Shown: in pieces, positions 1 through 8,164 of the stretch
How positions within the stretch are numbered: the first letter of the stretch is position 1
How the letters are laid out: each line of letters begins with the position of its first letter
Notes under the pieces: generated by a model
Told to the model about the DNA's origin: nothing
Database searches by the model: none
Seen by the model: only the letters and a program-made list of their open reading frames with translations
Translations under genes and position numbers: made by a program
From: an archaeon
GTDB lineage: Archaea > Nanobdellota > Nanobdellia > Pacearchaeales > GW2011-AR1
Direction of reading: 5' to 3'
Length of the DNA stretch: 53,455 nt
Assembly (NCBI GenBank): GCA_030679115.1
Contig: JAUXTS010000009.1
Span: forward strand, 1 to 53,455

Positions 1-450
1 GCTATCACAAATCTGCTTAAGCTGTTCTGGAGCTGCTGGACGATGAACGTCTAATCCTATTGCACAGACTTTATGCCCGCGCTTTGCATAATAAGAAGCT
101 AATTTTCCTATCGTCGAAGTTTTTCCCGAGCCATACAATCCGACCATTAAAAAGACATTGTGCTTCTGAAGAACGATTTCTCTTTTCTCCCCAAGAATTT
201 TTATAAGTTCGTCATGAAGAAGTTTAATTATATGCTCTTTCTTCTCCACATCTTTTATTCTTTCGTCTAATGCAGTTTGTTTTATCTTTTTTGTAATTTC
301 CAAAACAAGAGAAACATTAACGTCTGCTTCTATTAATGCTCTCTGCAAATCCTTGACTACTGAATCAACAATCTTTTTATCAAGAAAAATAGCATTGGCT
401 ATTTTGTCAGTAGTTTTCTTTAATACCTCTGAAAGCTTTGATAATAGCAT
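1..450 (-). CDS. srp54: Signal recognition particle protein SRP54, N-terminal part (gene continues beyond the left edge)
   Basis: Absent from the ORF track because it is open at the edge. Reverse translation from the ATG (complement of 448-450) gives MLLSKLSEVLKKTTDKIANAIFLDKKIVDSVVKDLQRALIEADVNV...LMVGLYGSGKTSTIGKLASYYAKRGHKVCAIGLDVHRPAAPEQLKQICDS. This shows the SRP54 N domain, the GSGKT P-loop and the D-x-x-RPAA motif. Confidence 0.9.
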   Translation of the reverse strand, partial: MLLSKLSEVLKKTTDKIANAIFLDKKIVDSVVKDLQRALIEADVNVSLVLEITKKIKQTALDERIKDVEKKEHIIKLLHDELIKILGEKREIVLQKHNVFLMVGLYGSGKTSTIGKLASYYAKRGHKVCAIGLDVHRPAAPEQLKQICDS

Positions 451-540
451 AAAAAAGGAAGTCTTTGAAGGATTAATAAAGTTGTGGTTTATCTATTTGA
501 GTATAATAATCCATATAAAGGGAATTTGTTTTAAATAAAA

Positions 541-1152
541 ATGTCAGATGCATTGAATGATCTATGTCAGGATGATAAAATCCGCGAAGCATTTGATAAA
601 TTAATTAAAAAAGAAGAAAAATTCTTAAGCGAAAAAAGAAATCCAAAAAATTCCAAAACTGACGTTATCTCCCTTATGAAAGATTGGGAAGAATATGCCT
701 ATATGAGAAGAGGATATTTCACTTCTACAAGCATGAATACTTCAGGCAGGCACATTGTCGGCCTAGGAAGATGGTTAGAAGGCAGAATTTCATATGGTGA
801 ATTAAAAGAAAATTTGAACGAAAAAGAAGACGAAAATAGCATGCACACTTATTTCGCAGTTGGGGGGCATGGACAGATGATGAATAATATGGGTGAATTT
901 ATAAGTACTGCTTTAAGGAAAAAATTCGGCGATAGATTGGATTCTTTTGTAATGAAAATTTGTGAAGATGGAAAGATAGATTTTGAAAAAGTTAGTTGTA
1001 AAATCTGCCCAATAGCAAAAGAAAGTCATTGCGGAATCAAAGAAAATTGTAATTGCTATAATGCAGAAGAATATAAAGAAATTGTAGCTCAAAAAGAAAA
1101 AGATACAGGATATCTTAGAAGAATTTTTACCGAATATAACTTGGGAATTTAA
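541..1152 (+). CDS. Hypothetical protein with C-terminal Cys/His cluster
   Basis: 203-aa ORF. Cluster is C-x2-C-x7-HC-x5-C-x-C (SCKICPIAKESHCGIKENCNC). No family recognised. Confidence 0.55.
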   Translation: MSDALNDLCQDDKIREAFDKLIKKEEKFLSEKRNPKNSKTDVISLMKDWEEYAYMRRGYFTSTSMNTSGRHIVGLGRWLEGRISYGELKENLNEKEDENSMHTYFAVGGHGQMMNNMGEFISTALRKKFGDRLDSFVMKICEDGKIDFEKVSCKICPIAKESHCGIKENCNCYNAEEYKEIVAQKEKDTGYLRRIFTEYNLGI

Positions 1153-1748
1153 TCCCAGAATTTACTTAAAGAATAAAAATAAGCCAATTTTCCCATAGCT
1201 CTTCTTTTTATTATCTGGATTCTCTGTGGGGTAACTTTGGATTGCTTTCCAATCTCTGTTTCAGTTTTGCCTTTCAAAAAAACTTCTGAAATTATATGAA
1301 ATTCTCTTTTAGAAAGAGCATTTAATGCTCTGTATAAAAAGTTAGCTTCTGCTGTTTCATTAAATTTTACTGAATTACTAATTTCATCAAGTTTTTCTTC
1401 AGGTAAACAAACTAAAGATTTTTCAAATCGTCTTTGATTATTAGATGAATATCTTATTCTTCTTTGTTCTTTTCTCAATCCTAAATATTTTATATATCTG
1501 CTCCAATCATCAAATCCAGCATTCTTAGCAGTTTCTTCATAAATAGAATCATGCCCCTTATTTTTAGCTAAAAATTCTCTATATTCAGAATAAGAATCAA
1601 AACCTTTTCTTTTAGCGCCCAATATATTGCGGCAAGAGTTATAAGATTTATTGAAAATATAAGCTGCAGCTGTTGCTATTTCAGATATCTTTCTTCCATG
1701 AATATCTAATTCTCTGATTTTCTGTTCTAATATTTCCATAAAAATCAA
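1149..1748 (-). CDS. HTH protein with a C-terminal domain resembling sigma-70 region 4
   Basis: 199-aa ORF. The C-terminus LSKREFHIISEVFLKGKTETEIGKQSKVTPQRIQIIKRRAMGKL matches the region-4 pattern (L-x-x-rE-x-vl-x-l...-s-x-x-EIa...vs-x-x-rv-x-qi-x-x-rAl-x-kL). The true start may be the internal MEILEQ. Confidence 0.55.
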   Translation of the reverse strand: MIFMEILEQKIRELDIHGRKISEIATAAAYIFNKSYNSCRNILGAKRKGFDSYSEYREFLAKNKGHDSIYEETAKNAGFDDWSRYIKYLGLRKEQRRIRYSSNNQRRFEKSLVCLPEEKLDEISNSVKFNETAEANFLYRALNALSKREFHIISEVFLKGKTETEIGKQSKVTPQRIQIIKRRAMGKLAYFYSLSKFWD

Positions 1749-1774
1749 TTTTTTAGAAGGTTTAAAAATGCTTG

Positions 1775-2899
1775 TTAATCCAGCCCCAAATTCTTCAAAA
1801 CACTGTCTTTAGTAAAAGGAGTAAAATCAGAATATTCCTGCCCCGTTCCGAGAAAATAAATTGGTTTTTGAGTCACATAACTTACAGATAATATTGTTCC
1901 TGCTTTCTCATCAACATCTGCTTTTGTAAGAATAATCCCATCTATCCCGACTGCTTCATTGAATGTTTTTGCCTGTTCAACTGCATCATTGCCAGTAATA
2001 GATTCTCCTACAAAAATCTTCAAATCCGGCTTTGAAATGCGGATTATTTTTTCCATTTCTTTGATTAAATTTTGTTTAGTATACATTCTTCCAGCCGTAT
2101 CAATAAGAACTACTTTTATCTTATGCGCTTCTGCATATTTCTTTGCATCAAAAGCCACAGCCGCAGGATCTGAGCCATAAGTATGCTTTATTATAGGCAA
2201 TCCAAGATTATCTGCATGCTTCTCTAACTGTTCAATTGAAGCTGCCCTGAATGTATCTGCTGCGGCAAGCACGCACGATATTCCAGACTTTTTCAATAAA
2301 TTTGCCAATTTAGCAATTGAAGTTGTTTTTCCCGAGCCATTTATGCCGAAAAATATTATAGTATATGGCCCAATTTTTTTGTTTATATTTTCAATCAGAT
2401 TGGGGGGCTCTATTAAAACTTCCAATATCGATTTCTTTAAGCTGTCAAAAATTGTTTTTTCTATCTTATCTTTTTTGACTTCAATTCCCAATAAATCTTT
2501 TATGAGATTTTCTTTTATCTTGTCTACAACTTCTAAAGCAACATTATTTTCCAAAAGAGTTATTTCAATCTCGGAGAATATTCCATCAATATTCTCCTGA
2601 TTCATCGTTGCTGTAGAAGAAGATATTTTTCCCATTAACTTAGAAAAAAATCCTTTTTTTTCTTCAGGCTCTTCTGATTCTTCCTCTTTAACAGATTCTT
2701 CAATCTCTTCCCCTATAGATTCCTCAATCTTTTCTTCTGAAGTCTTTTTAATCTTCTCTTTTTTTACTTTTTCCTTTACAATTTTGGATTCTTTCTTCTC
2801 TTTCTTTTCATTTTTTCCAGCTTTCTTTGAAGTTTTCTTCTTTTCTTCTTTCTTATCTGAAAACCACGAGCTGAATTTCTTCTTTAATGCATCAAACAT
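1775..2899 (-). CDS. ftsY: Signal recognition particle receptor FtsY
   Basis: Lys/Glu-rich N-terminus followed by an NG domain: GINGSGKTTSIAKLA, AADTFRAASIEQL, DTAGRM, TKADVDEKAG. Confidence 0.92.
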   Translation of the reverse strand: MFDALKKKFSSWFSDKKEEKKKTSKKAGKNEKKEKKESKIVKEKVKKEKIKKTSEEKIEESIGEEIEESVKEEESEEPEEKKGFFSKLMGKISSSTATMNQENIDGIFSEIEITLLENNVALEVVDKIKENLIKDLLGIEVKKDKIEKTIFDSLKKSILEVLIEPPNLIENINKKIGPYTIIFFGINGSGKTTSIAKLANLLKKSGISCVLAAADTFRAASIEQLEKHADNLGLPIIKHTYGSDPAAVAFDAKKYAEAHKIKVVLIDTAGRMYTKQNLIKEMEKIIRISKPDLKIFVGESITGNDAVEQAKTFNEAVGIDGIILTKADVDEKAGTILSVSYVTQKPIYFLGTGQEYSDFTPFTKDSVLKNLGLD

Positions 2900-2935
2900 G
2901 AAAATACATGGGAAAAAGAGTTTATAAAAAGTGTG

Positions 2936-3598
2936 TCAGCCTATTGTATATTCATAATAGTCGTCATAAGGTATAACCCACGAAACTGTCTCAGATATCG
3001 ACGATTTTTCCATTATTTTTCTGAATAATCTGATTGAATTTCCATGGGCTGAGATTGCTACATTTACTTTTTGCTTTTTCATCATTTTTATCAAGTCTTT
3101 GATGAAGGATTTTACGCGAATTTCGACCATTGCAAAAGATTCTCCTCCTGGGGGGGAGACATGGTATCCTCGATGTATGAGATTATATTCCTGTTCGCCT
3201 AAAAATTTTTCAACTTCTTTTTTACCTTCTGGGGACAAGTCAGATACCGTGTCTCCATGAACTTCTAAATTGTAAAGTTTTTTACCAATTTTTTTTATAA
3301 ATGCAGAATGAGTTGAGCCGTTTAATTTACCATAATTTCTTTCAATTATTCGGTCATCTTTGACGAGTTTGGTGCATTCAGGATGATATTTTAGAATTTC
3401 TTTCAATGTTTGTTTTGATCTTTTTAGATGAGTATAGAAAGCAATCTGAAATTTTTTGTTTTTTAGTTTTTTACTAATCTTTTCAGCTTGTTTTATCCCT
3501 AATTTTGTAAGTCCTGGGTTATGAAAGCCAGTAAATCTTAGATCTCTATTATAAGTAGTTTGTCCGTGTCTAAATATATAAATTTTCAGCTTTGTCAT
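2936..3598 (-). CDS. Histidine phosphatase (phosphoglycerate mutase family) protein
   Basis: RHG motif near the N-terminus (MTKLKIYIFRHGQTTYN) and a later SAHGNSIR. I trimmed the start to the internal ATG at 3598, because the upstream 54 codons of the track ORF look like AT-rich read-through. Confidence 0.7.
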   Translation of the reverse strand: MTKLKIYIFRHGQTTYNRDLRFTGFHNPGLTKLGIKQAEKISKKLKNKKFQIAFYTHLKRSKQTLKEILKYHPECTKLVKDDRIIERNYGKLNGSTHSAFIKKIGKKLYNLEVHGDTVSDLSPEGKKEVEKFLGEQEYNLIHRGYHVSPPGGESFAMVEIRVKSFIKDLIKMMKKQKVNVAISAHGNSIRLFRKIMEKSSISETVSWVIPYDDYYEYTIG

Positions 3599-3694
3599 CT
3601 TATTTATTTCATATATTTTGGCATATATAATTGTTTTTGACGGCAATTGAAGGAGTATAATCATTTTTATAAACACCCTGCAGTTAATTTTTTT

Positions 3695-4252
3695 ATGATA
3701 ACTTACAACGAGGTATATGATATAGTAAGAAAAGAAAAATATAATGAAGTTCTTCAGCAATTACCAAAAAATTTTCTTGAAGATGTTTCAGTGTTTTTAA
3801 AAGAACAAAGAGATTTAGCGATGAATGAAAGCGATTTTTTTGCAGAATCCTCAATCAAGGCAAAAAAACAGCTTGAGAATTCAATTTCTTTATTCAGAGA
3901 ATTAATGAGGCTTAGAAAGAAAAAGATATTGAATCTCACTTTTGTAGCCACGGAAACAGGAATAATGAAAAGAGACTTTGAAAACTTGCTTTCTTTTGAA
4001 AAAGAAATATTTGATATTTTAGTTAAGTCTTTTGAAGAAAATAATAAAGAATTGACTAATTTAATAAATGGAAAAAAAGAGCAGGAGAAATCAAAATATA
4101 AGATGGTTATATTTAATCAAAATATAGAGCAATTTGTTGATATGTTCGGCAATATAACTGGCCCATATTCAGCAGGACAGCTTGTAAACCTAAATTCAGA
4201 AGTTGCAGAACTCTTTGTATCCAGCAAAAAAGCAGACTTTGCTGATGAATAA
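3695..4252 (+). CDS. GINS complex subunit (Gins51/Gins15-like)
   Basis: MITYNEVYDIVRKEKYNEVLQQLPKNFLEDV..., LMRLRKKKILNLTFVA, ENLLSFEKEIF, and a C-terminal B-domain-like FVDMFGNITGPYSAGQLVNLNSEVAELFV. Start moved to the ATG at 3695, about 25 nt downstream of TTTTATAA (3664-3671). Confidence 0.6.
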   Translation: MITYNEVYDIVRKEKYNEVLQQLPKNFLEDVSVFLKEQRDLAMNESDFFAESSIKAKKQLENSISLFRELMRLRKKKILNLTFVATETGIMKRDFENLLSFEKEIFDILVKSFEENNKELTNLINGKKEQEKSKYKMVIFNQNIEQFVDMFGNITGPYSAGQLVNLNSEVAELFVSSKKADFADE

Positions 4253-4304
4253 GTAGTAATTTTAAAATGGTAACATTTAAATAGATTATTATTTAGAAAT
4301 TATT

Positions 4305-5303
4305 ATGAGTCAAGAGAATTCGTATGCTAATCTCGAGCAAACTAAAATATTTAATAGAGCAAAAAAAATTGCTAAATTCAGTCTTCTTGGTTTAACTTTA
4401 GCAATTGGAGCATTTACTTCATTCTATATTGTACCAAATAACTCGAAGGCAGTTGTTCAAAGATTTGGAGAATATGTCAGAACAGAAAATCCTGGACTTC
4501 ATGTAAAAATTCCTTTTGGAATTGAGAAAAAAACTACTATCCCTGTTACAACTATAATGACTCAAGAATTTGGATTTAGATCTGAAGGAGGAAATCAATT
4601 TAAAGGAGATACAAAAGACTTACAAAACGAATATATAATGCTTACTGGCGATTTAAATATCGCAGATGTAGAATCTTCAGTTCAATATCAAATAGAAAAT
4701 CCAGTTTCTTATTTATTCTCAGTTAAAAATCCTGAAGAATTGCTTAGAATTGCCCATGCATCTCATGTTCGAGAACTTATAGGAAATGGAAGTATTGATG
4801 AAGCTATGAACATGAAGCGTACAGAATATACCATCAAAGCCAGAGATATGCTTCAAAAATCTATGCAAGATTATCATACAGGATTATCTATAAGAAATGT
4901 TATATTTCAAAGCGTAAATCCTCCAAAAAATGTAAGAAGTTCTTTCAATGCAGTAAATAAAGCTATTCAAGATAAAGAAACTGCTATAAATAACGCAAAA
5001 AAAGAATATAACTCTATTGTTCCGCAAGCCCAGGGTACTGCTCAACAGCTTATTGCTCAAGCAGAAGCATATAGACTTCAGAGAGTTAATGGTGCAAGAG
5101 CAGAAGTAGCACAATTTTCTCAAACTTATGAGGCATATCTAAAAAATCCTGCAATAACCCGACAAAGAATTTATTTTGAAGCAATGACTGATTTATTACC
5201 TAAGATGAAAGAAAAATGGATAATTGAACAAAGAGGTCTTGAAAGTGGTCTTCTTATGAAATTAGATATTGATCAAAGAAGTATTGGGGGAACAGCAAAA
5301 TGA
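4305..5303 (+). CDS. SPFH/Band-7 protein, HflK-like
   Basis: N-terminal TM segment followed by an SPFH domain (YIVPNNSKAVVQRFGEYVRTENPGLHVKIPFGIEKK) and a coiled-coil AQAEAYRLQRVNGARAEV. Overlaps the next gene by 4 nt. Confidence 0.75.
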   Translation: MSQENSYANLEQTKIFNRAKKIAKFSLLGLTLAIGAFTSFYIVPNNSKAVVQRFGEYVRTENPGLHVKIPFGIEKKTTIPVTTIMTQEFGFRSEGGNQFKGDTKDLQNEYIMLTGDLNIADVESSVQYQIENPVSYLFSVKNPEELLRIAHASHVRELIGNGSIDEAMNMKRTEYTIKARDMLQKSMQDYHTGLSIRNVIFQSVNPPKNVRSSFNAVNKAIQDKETAINNAKKEYNSIVPQAQGTAQQLIAQAEAYRLQRVNGARAEVAQFSQTYEAYLKNPAITRQRIYFEAMTDLLPKMKEKWIIEQRGLESGLLMKLDIDQRSIGGTAK

Positions 5304-6391
5304 AACCTACAATTAAAGGATTAATAGGATTATTGGGACTTACTGCAGCAACTTGGCTAGGATTATCTATACCTTATACTGTAAATCAAACAGAACATGC
5401 TATTGTAAAAACTTTTGGTGCACCCCGTAAAGCGATACTTAATTTTTCAGAAGAAGATAAAAAAAGAGTATCTACTTTAAGAGAAGAATATGATAAAGAA
5501 GGTTTATCTGTTAGTGAAGGAGCAGGATTATACTTCAAATTGCCTTGGCCAATACAAACAGTTACAAAAATTGATAGAAGATATCTTCCATGGAATGGTT
5601 ATCCTGAACAAATAGCTACATCAGAAAAAACATATATCTGGGCAGATATTGCTGCCCCTTGGAAAGTAATAGATCCTTTAAAATATATTAATGAACTTGG
5701 AACTGAAGATAGGGCTATAAATTCTTTAAATACGGTAGTAGATGGAAAAGTTAGAGATGAAATTACATCCCATTCTTTAATCGACGCAGTAAGAATAGAT
5801 AATCGACCTATGGAAGTTCTTGACCAAGAACTCGGAGAAACAGTTAAAGTTGGAAATGTTATTGCAGGAAGAAAAGGAATTCTTAATTTAATCACGCAAA
5901 ATTCTTTACCTGAATTGAATGCACAAGGAATAACCATAGGTGAAAATTTTATGCAGGGAATTATATATATTGATGATGTAAAAACCAATGTCGAAAAAAG
6001 AATGGAATCAGAAAGATTACGTATAGCTGAAAGATATTCTTCTGAAGCAAAGGGGCAATATGATAGAATAATGGGAGAAAAAGATAGAGATAAAGCTCAA
6101 ATCATAACAGTTGCACAAAAAAAAGCTGGAGAGATTAGAGGACTTGCAGATGCTGAAGCTACTGAAATTTTTGCAAATGGATTTCAAGAAAAAGATGAAA
6201 AAACTGGAGAAATGAAAAATTTCAGAGGATTTAATATAGACCCAAATTTCTATAATCTTTGGAGAACTGCTTTATTGTATCAAGGTAAATCTCTTGAAGG
6301 AGATACAAGATTAATAATAGGAACAGATAATCCTCTTTTCAGACTTATGAAAGAAGATTATACTGAATCTAATAATCCTAAGAAGAAATAA
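5300..6391 (+). CDS. SPFH/Band-7 protein, HflC-like
   Basis: TM segment followed by YTVNQTEHAIVKTFGAPRK...GLYFKLPWPIQTV, and a C-terminal coiled coil. ATGA overlap with the preceding SPFH gene. Confidence 0.7.
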   Translation: MKPTIKGLIGLLGLTAATWLGLSIPYTVNQTEHAIVKTFGAPRKAILNFSEEDKKRVSTLREEYDKEGLSVSEGAGLYFKLPWPIQTVTKIDRRYLPWNGYPEQIATSEKTYIWADIAAPWKVIDPLKYINELGTEDRAINSLNTVVDGKVRDEITSHSLIDAVRIDNRPMEVLDQELGETVKVGNVIAGRKGILNLITQNSLPELNAQGITIGENFMQGIIYIDDVKTNVEKRMESERLRIAERYSSEAKGQYDRIMGEKDRDKAQIITVAQKKAGEIRGLADAEATEIFANGFQEKDEKTGEMKNFRGFNIDPNFYNLWRTALLYQGKSLEGDTRLIIGTDNPLFRLMKEDYTESNNPKKK

Positions 6392-6437
6392 TTAAAGTAA
6401 CATAAAGGTTTTTATAGGTATTTCAACTAATTAATAT

Positions 6438-6797
6438 ATGGCTAAAAAAGCAGTTAAAAACAAGATTAAAGAACCAGTTAAAAAAACTGACGATTCAAAA
6501 TTATTCGCATTTCTTGCAGTTCTTCTTACTATAATTGGATTTGTTATTGCTTACGCTCTGAAAAAAGACAATGAATATGTAATGTATTATGGAAAACAAG
6601 GATTAATTCTATTTATTGCGTCATTAATTGTATGGGTATTTGTAGAAACGATAGTTCCATTTATTGGATTAGTTCTATCCCCGATATTGTGGGTTGCTTG
6701 GGTAATTCTTTGGGTAATTGGGATTATATATTCTTTAAGTGGAGAAATGAAGCCAATTCCAGTTATTGGGCAGTTTGCCGATAAGATAAAGCTATAA
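6438..6797 (+). CDS. Small integral membrane protein
   Basis: 119 aa with three hydrophobic segments. Confidence 0.6.
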   Translation: MAKKAVKNKIKEPVKKTDDSKLFAFLAVLLTIIGFVIAYALKKDNEYVMYYGKQGLILFIASLIVWVFVETIVPFIGLVLSPILWVAWVILWVIGIIYSLSGEMKPIPVIGQFADKIKL

Positions 6798-6833
6798 GGA
6801 TATATTTTTAAGCACGGATTTTTCTGTTTTTTA

Positions 6834-7310
6834 ATGGATAAATTTAAAGGATTAATTAAAATTTTAACTGATAAGAAAAATCTGAAATATGCTTCTGCAG
6901 ATATAGGGGGATTTATCTGTGGAATAAGTGCTGCAACTTTAGCAACTATTGGACTTAAGGAAGCAGAAGTTTCTGATGAATTAAATGTTGCATTTACACT
7001 TGGAGCAAAAATGACAGGATTTGCAATTGGAAATATTACAACTTATTTCTTTATTCATAATTCAGAATATGACAAAGGAGAAAAGAATTGGAAAAAAGAT
7101 TTAAATTCTTTAGCAAAATCTAATTTTCATGGAGCTTGGATTGCTGGAATATTGAAAGTAGGAGGACATTATACCTTGCTTAAACTAACAGATATCCCAT
7201 ATTATATAGTTCCTGCAATTGTTTATCCTGCCGCAGGATTTGTTGGAACTGTATGCAGACATTGGAAAAATTACAAATCTGGATTAATAGGTAATGGAAA
7301 AATTGAATGA
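6834..7310 (+). CDS. Membrane protein, hypothetical
   Basis: 158 aa with several hydrophobic segments. No family recognised. Confidence 0.55.
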   Translation: MDKFKGLIKILTDKKNLKYASADIGGFICGISAATLATIGLKEAEVSDELNVAFTLGAKMTGFAIGNITTYFFIHNSEYDKGEKNWKKDLNSLAKSNFHGAWIAGILKVGGHYTLLKLTDIPYYIVPAIVYPAAGFVGTVCRHWKNYKSGLIGNGKIE

Positions 7311-7397
7311 TACATAAGTTTATAATACTATAAAATTGATTATTTTTAATATTTAGAAGGAAATTACTTTTATTTATTACAAGCGGAGGAAAAAAAT

Positions 7398-7547
7398 ATG
7401 GCAGAAAATGATGGCAGAAGATTTGGTTCTACACAGAAGCATAAAGCAGTTTGCAGTGCATGCAAGAAAGACTGTGAAGTTCCATTTGAACCTAAACCTG
7501 GAAGAGACGTCTTTTGTTTAGAATGCTGGAAGAAACAGAAGAGATAA
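7398..7547 (+). CDS. CxxC-x17-CxxC zinc-ribbon protein
   Basis: Below the ORF-track size cutoff. Translation: MAENDGRRFGSTQKHKAVCSACKKDCEVPFEPKPGRDVFCLECWKKQKR. GGAGGA lies 8 nt upstream of the ATG. Confidence 0.7.
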   Translation: MAENDGRRFGSTQKHKAVCSACKKDCEVPFEPKPGRDVFCLECWKKQKR

Positions 7548-7591
7548 AGATAGATAATATCTTTTTTAATTTTTATTTTTTTATTTTAGAA

Positions 7592-7662
7592 TGGTCCCAC
7601 CCAGAATCGGACTGGGACCTCATCCACGTCAAGGATGCGTTCTACCACTATACTATGGGACC
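7592..7662 (-). tRNA. tRNA-Val (anticodon GAC)
   Basis: The reverse complement GGTCCCATAGTATAGTGGTAGAACGCATCCTTGACGTGGATGAGGTCCCAGTCCGATTCTGGGTGGGACCA folds as a cloverleaf: 7-bp acceptor, CATCC/GGATG anticodon stem, loop TTGACGT. The T-loop is atypical (TCCGATT). Confidence 0.75.
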
Positions 7663-7730
7663 TTAAATTTTGATTGTAATTAGGGTATAAAAGACTTTTT
7701 AAATCATTAAACAATATAGAAGTTATAACT

Positions 7731-7848
7731 GCCTCCATAGCTCAGTGGTAGAGCAACAGTTTTGTACAATGCGATTGCATCGCAAGCGTTTGATGCAGAC
7801 TGTATTCAAACGAACTGTGGGTCGAGGGTTCGAATCCCTCTGGAGGCT
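7731..7848 (+). tRNA. tRNA-Thr (anticodon TGT) with 46-nt intron at 37/38 (7767-7812)
   Basis: GCCTCCA acceptor, GCTC/GAGC D stem, ACAGT...ACTGT anticodon stem, loop TT-TGT-A, T arm GAGGG-TTCGAAT-CCCTC. The intron contains hairpins TGCGAT/ATCGCA and CGTTTGA/TCAAACG. Confidence 0.88.
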
Positions 7849-8032
7849 TTCCCTAAGAAACCAATGGTTTCTTGTGGGTTCAACTTCCTTAAAAATTGTT
7901 AAAATTATTTTTAATTATTGTATAACTAATTTCTCTCATAACCATTCACTTAGTAACTAACTAACTTACTAAGTTAATAAGAAAGATTTATATATTGCCT
8001 GAAATAATAAACAGCACAAGAAAGAGAGGAAA

Positions 8033-8164
8033 ATGAAAAAATACCTGCTGTTGATAGAAGACGAGAAGCTTTGGGAGAAATTTAAGAATTCAATAGACAA
8101 CGATATAAATAGCGAAATTATTTCTTTGATAAAGAAAAAAACAGAAACGAGGGATAAAAAATGA
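8033..8164 (+). CDS. Small protein (43 aa), first gene of the surface-protein operon
   Basis: MKKYLLLIEDEKLWEKFKNSIDNDINSEIISLIKKKTETRDKK. AGAGAGGA lies upstream, and there is an ATGA overlap with the 8161 gene. It replaces the antisense track ORF 7969-8178. Confidence 0.5.
   Translation: MKKYLLLIEDEKLWEKFKNSIDNDINSEIISLIKKKTETRDKK

Noticed and set aside
2936-3760. Long N-terminal extensions and non-ATG starts given by the ORF track (for example 2936-3760, 17429-17842, 19177-20478, 44923-45912, 49501-50034, 41970-43712)
   Set aside because: The extensions are Ile/Phe/Tyr/Lys-rich read-through of AT-rich upstream DNA and would overlap neighbouring genes or promoters. Internal ATG codons give N-termini that match the expected family starts, such as RHG for the phosphatase, MNYGRK for S8e and MNKRG for the pilin.
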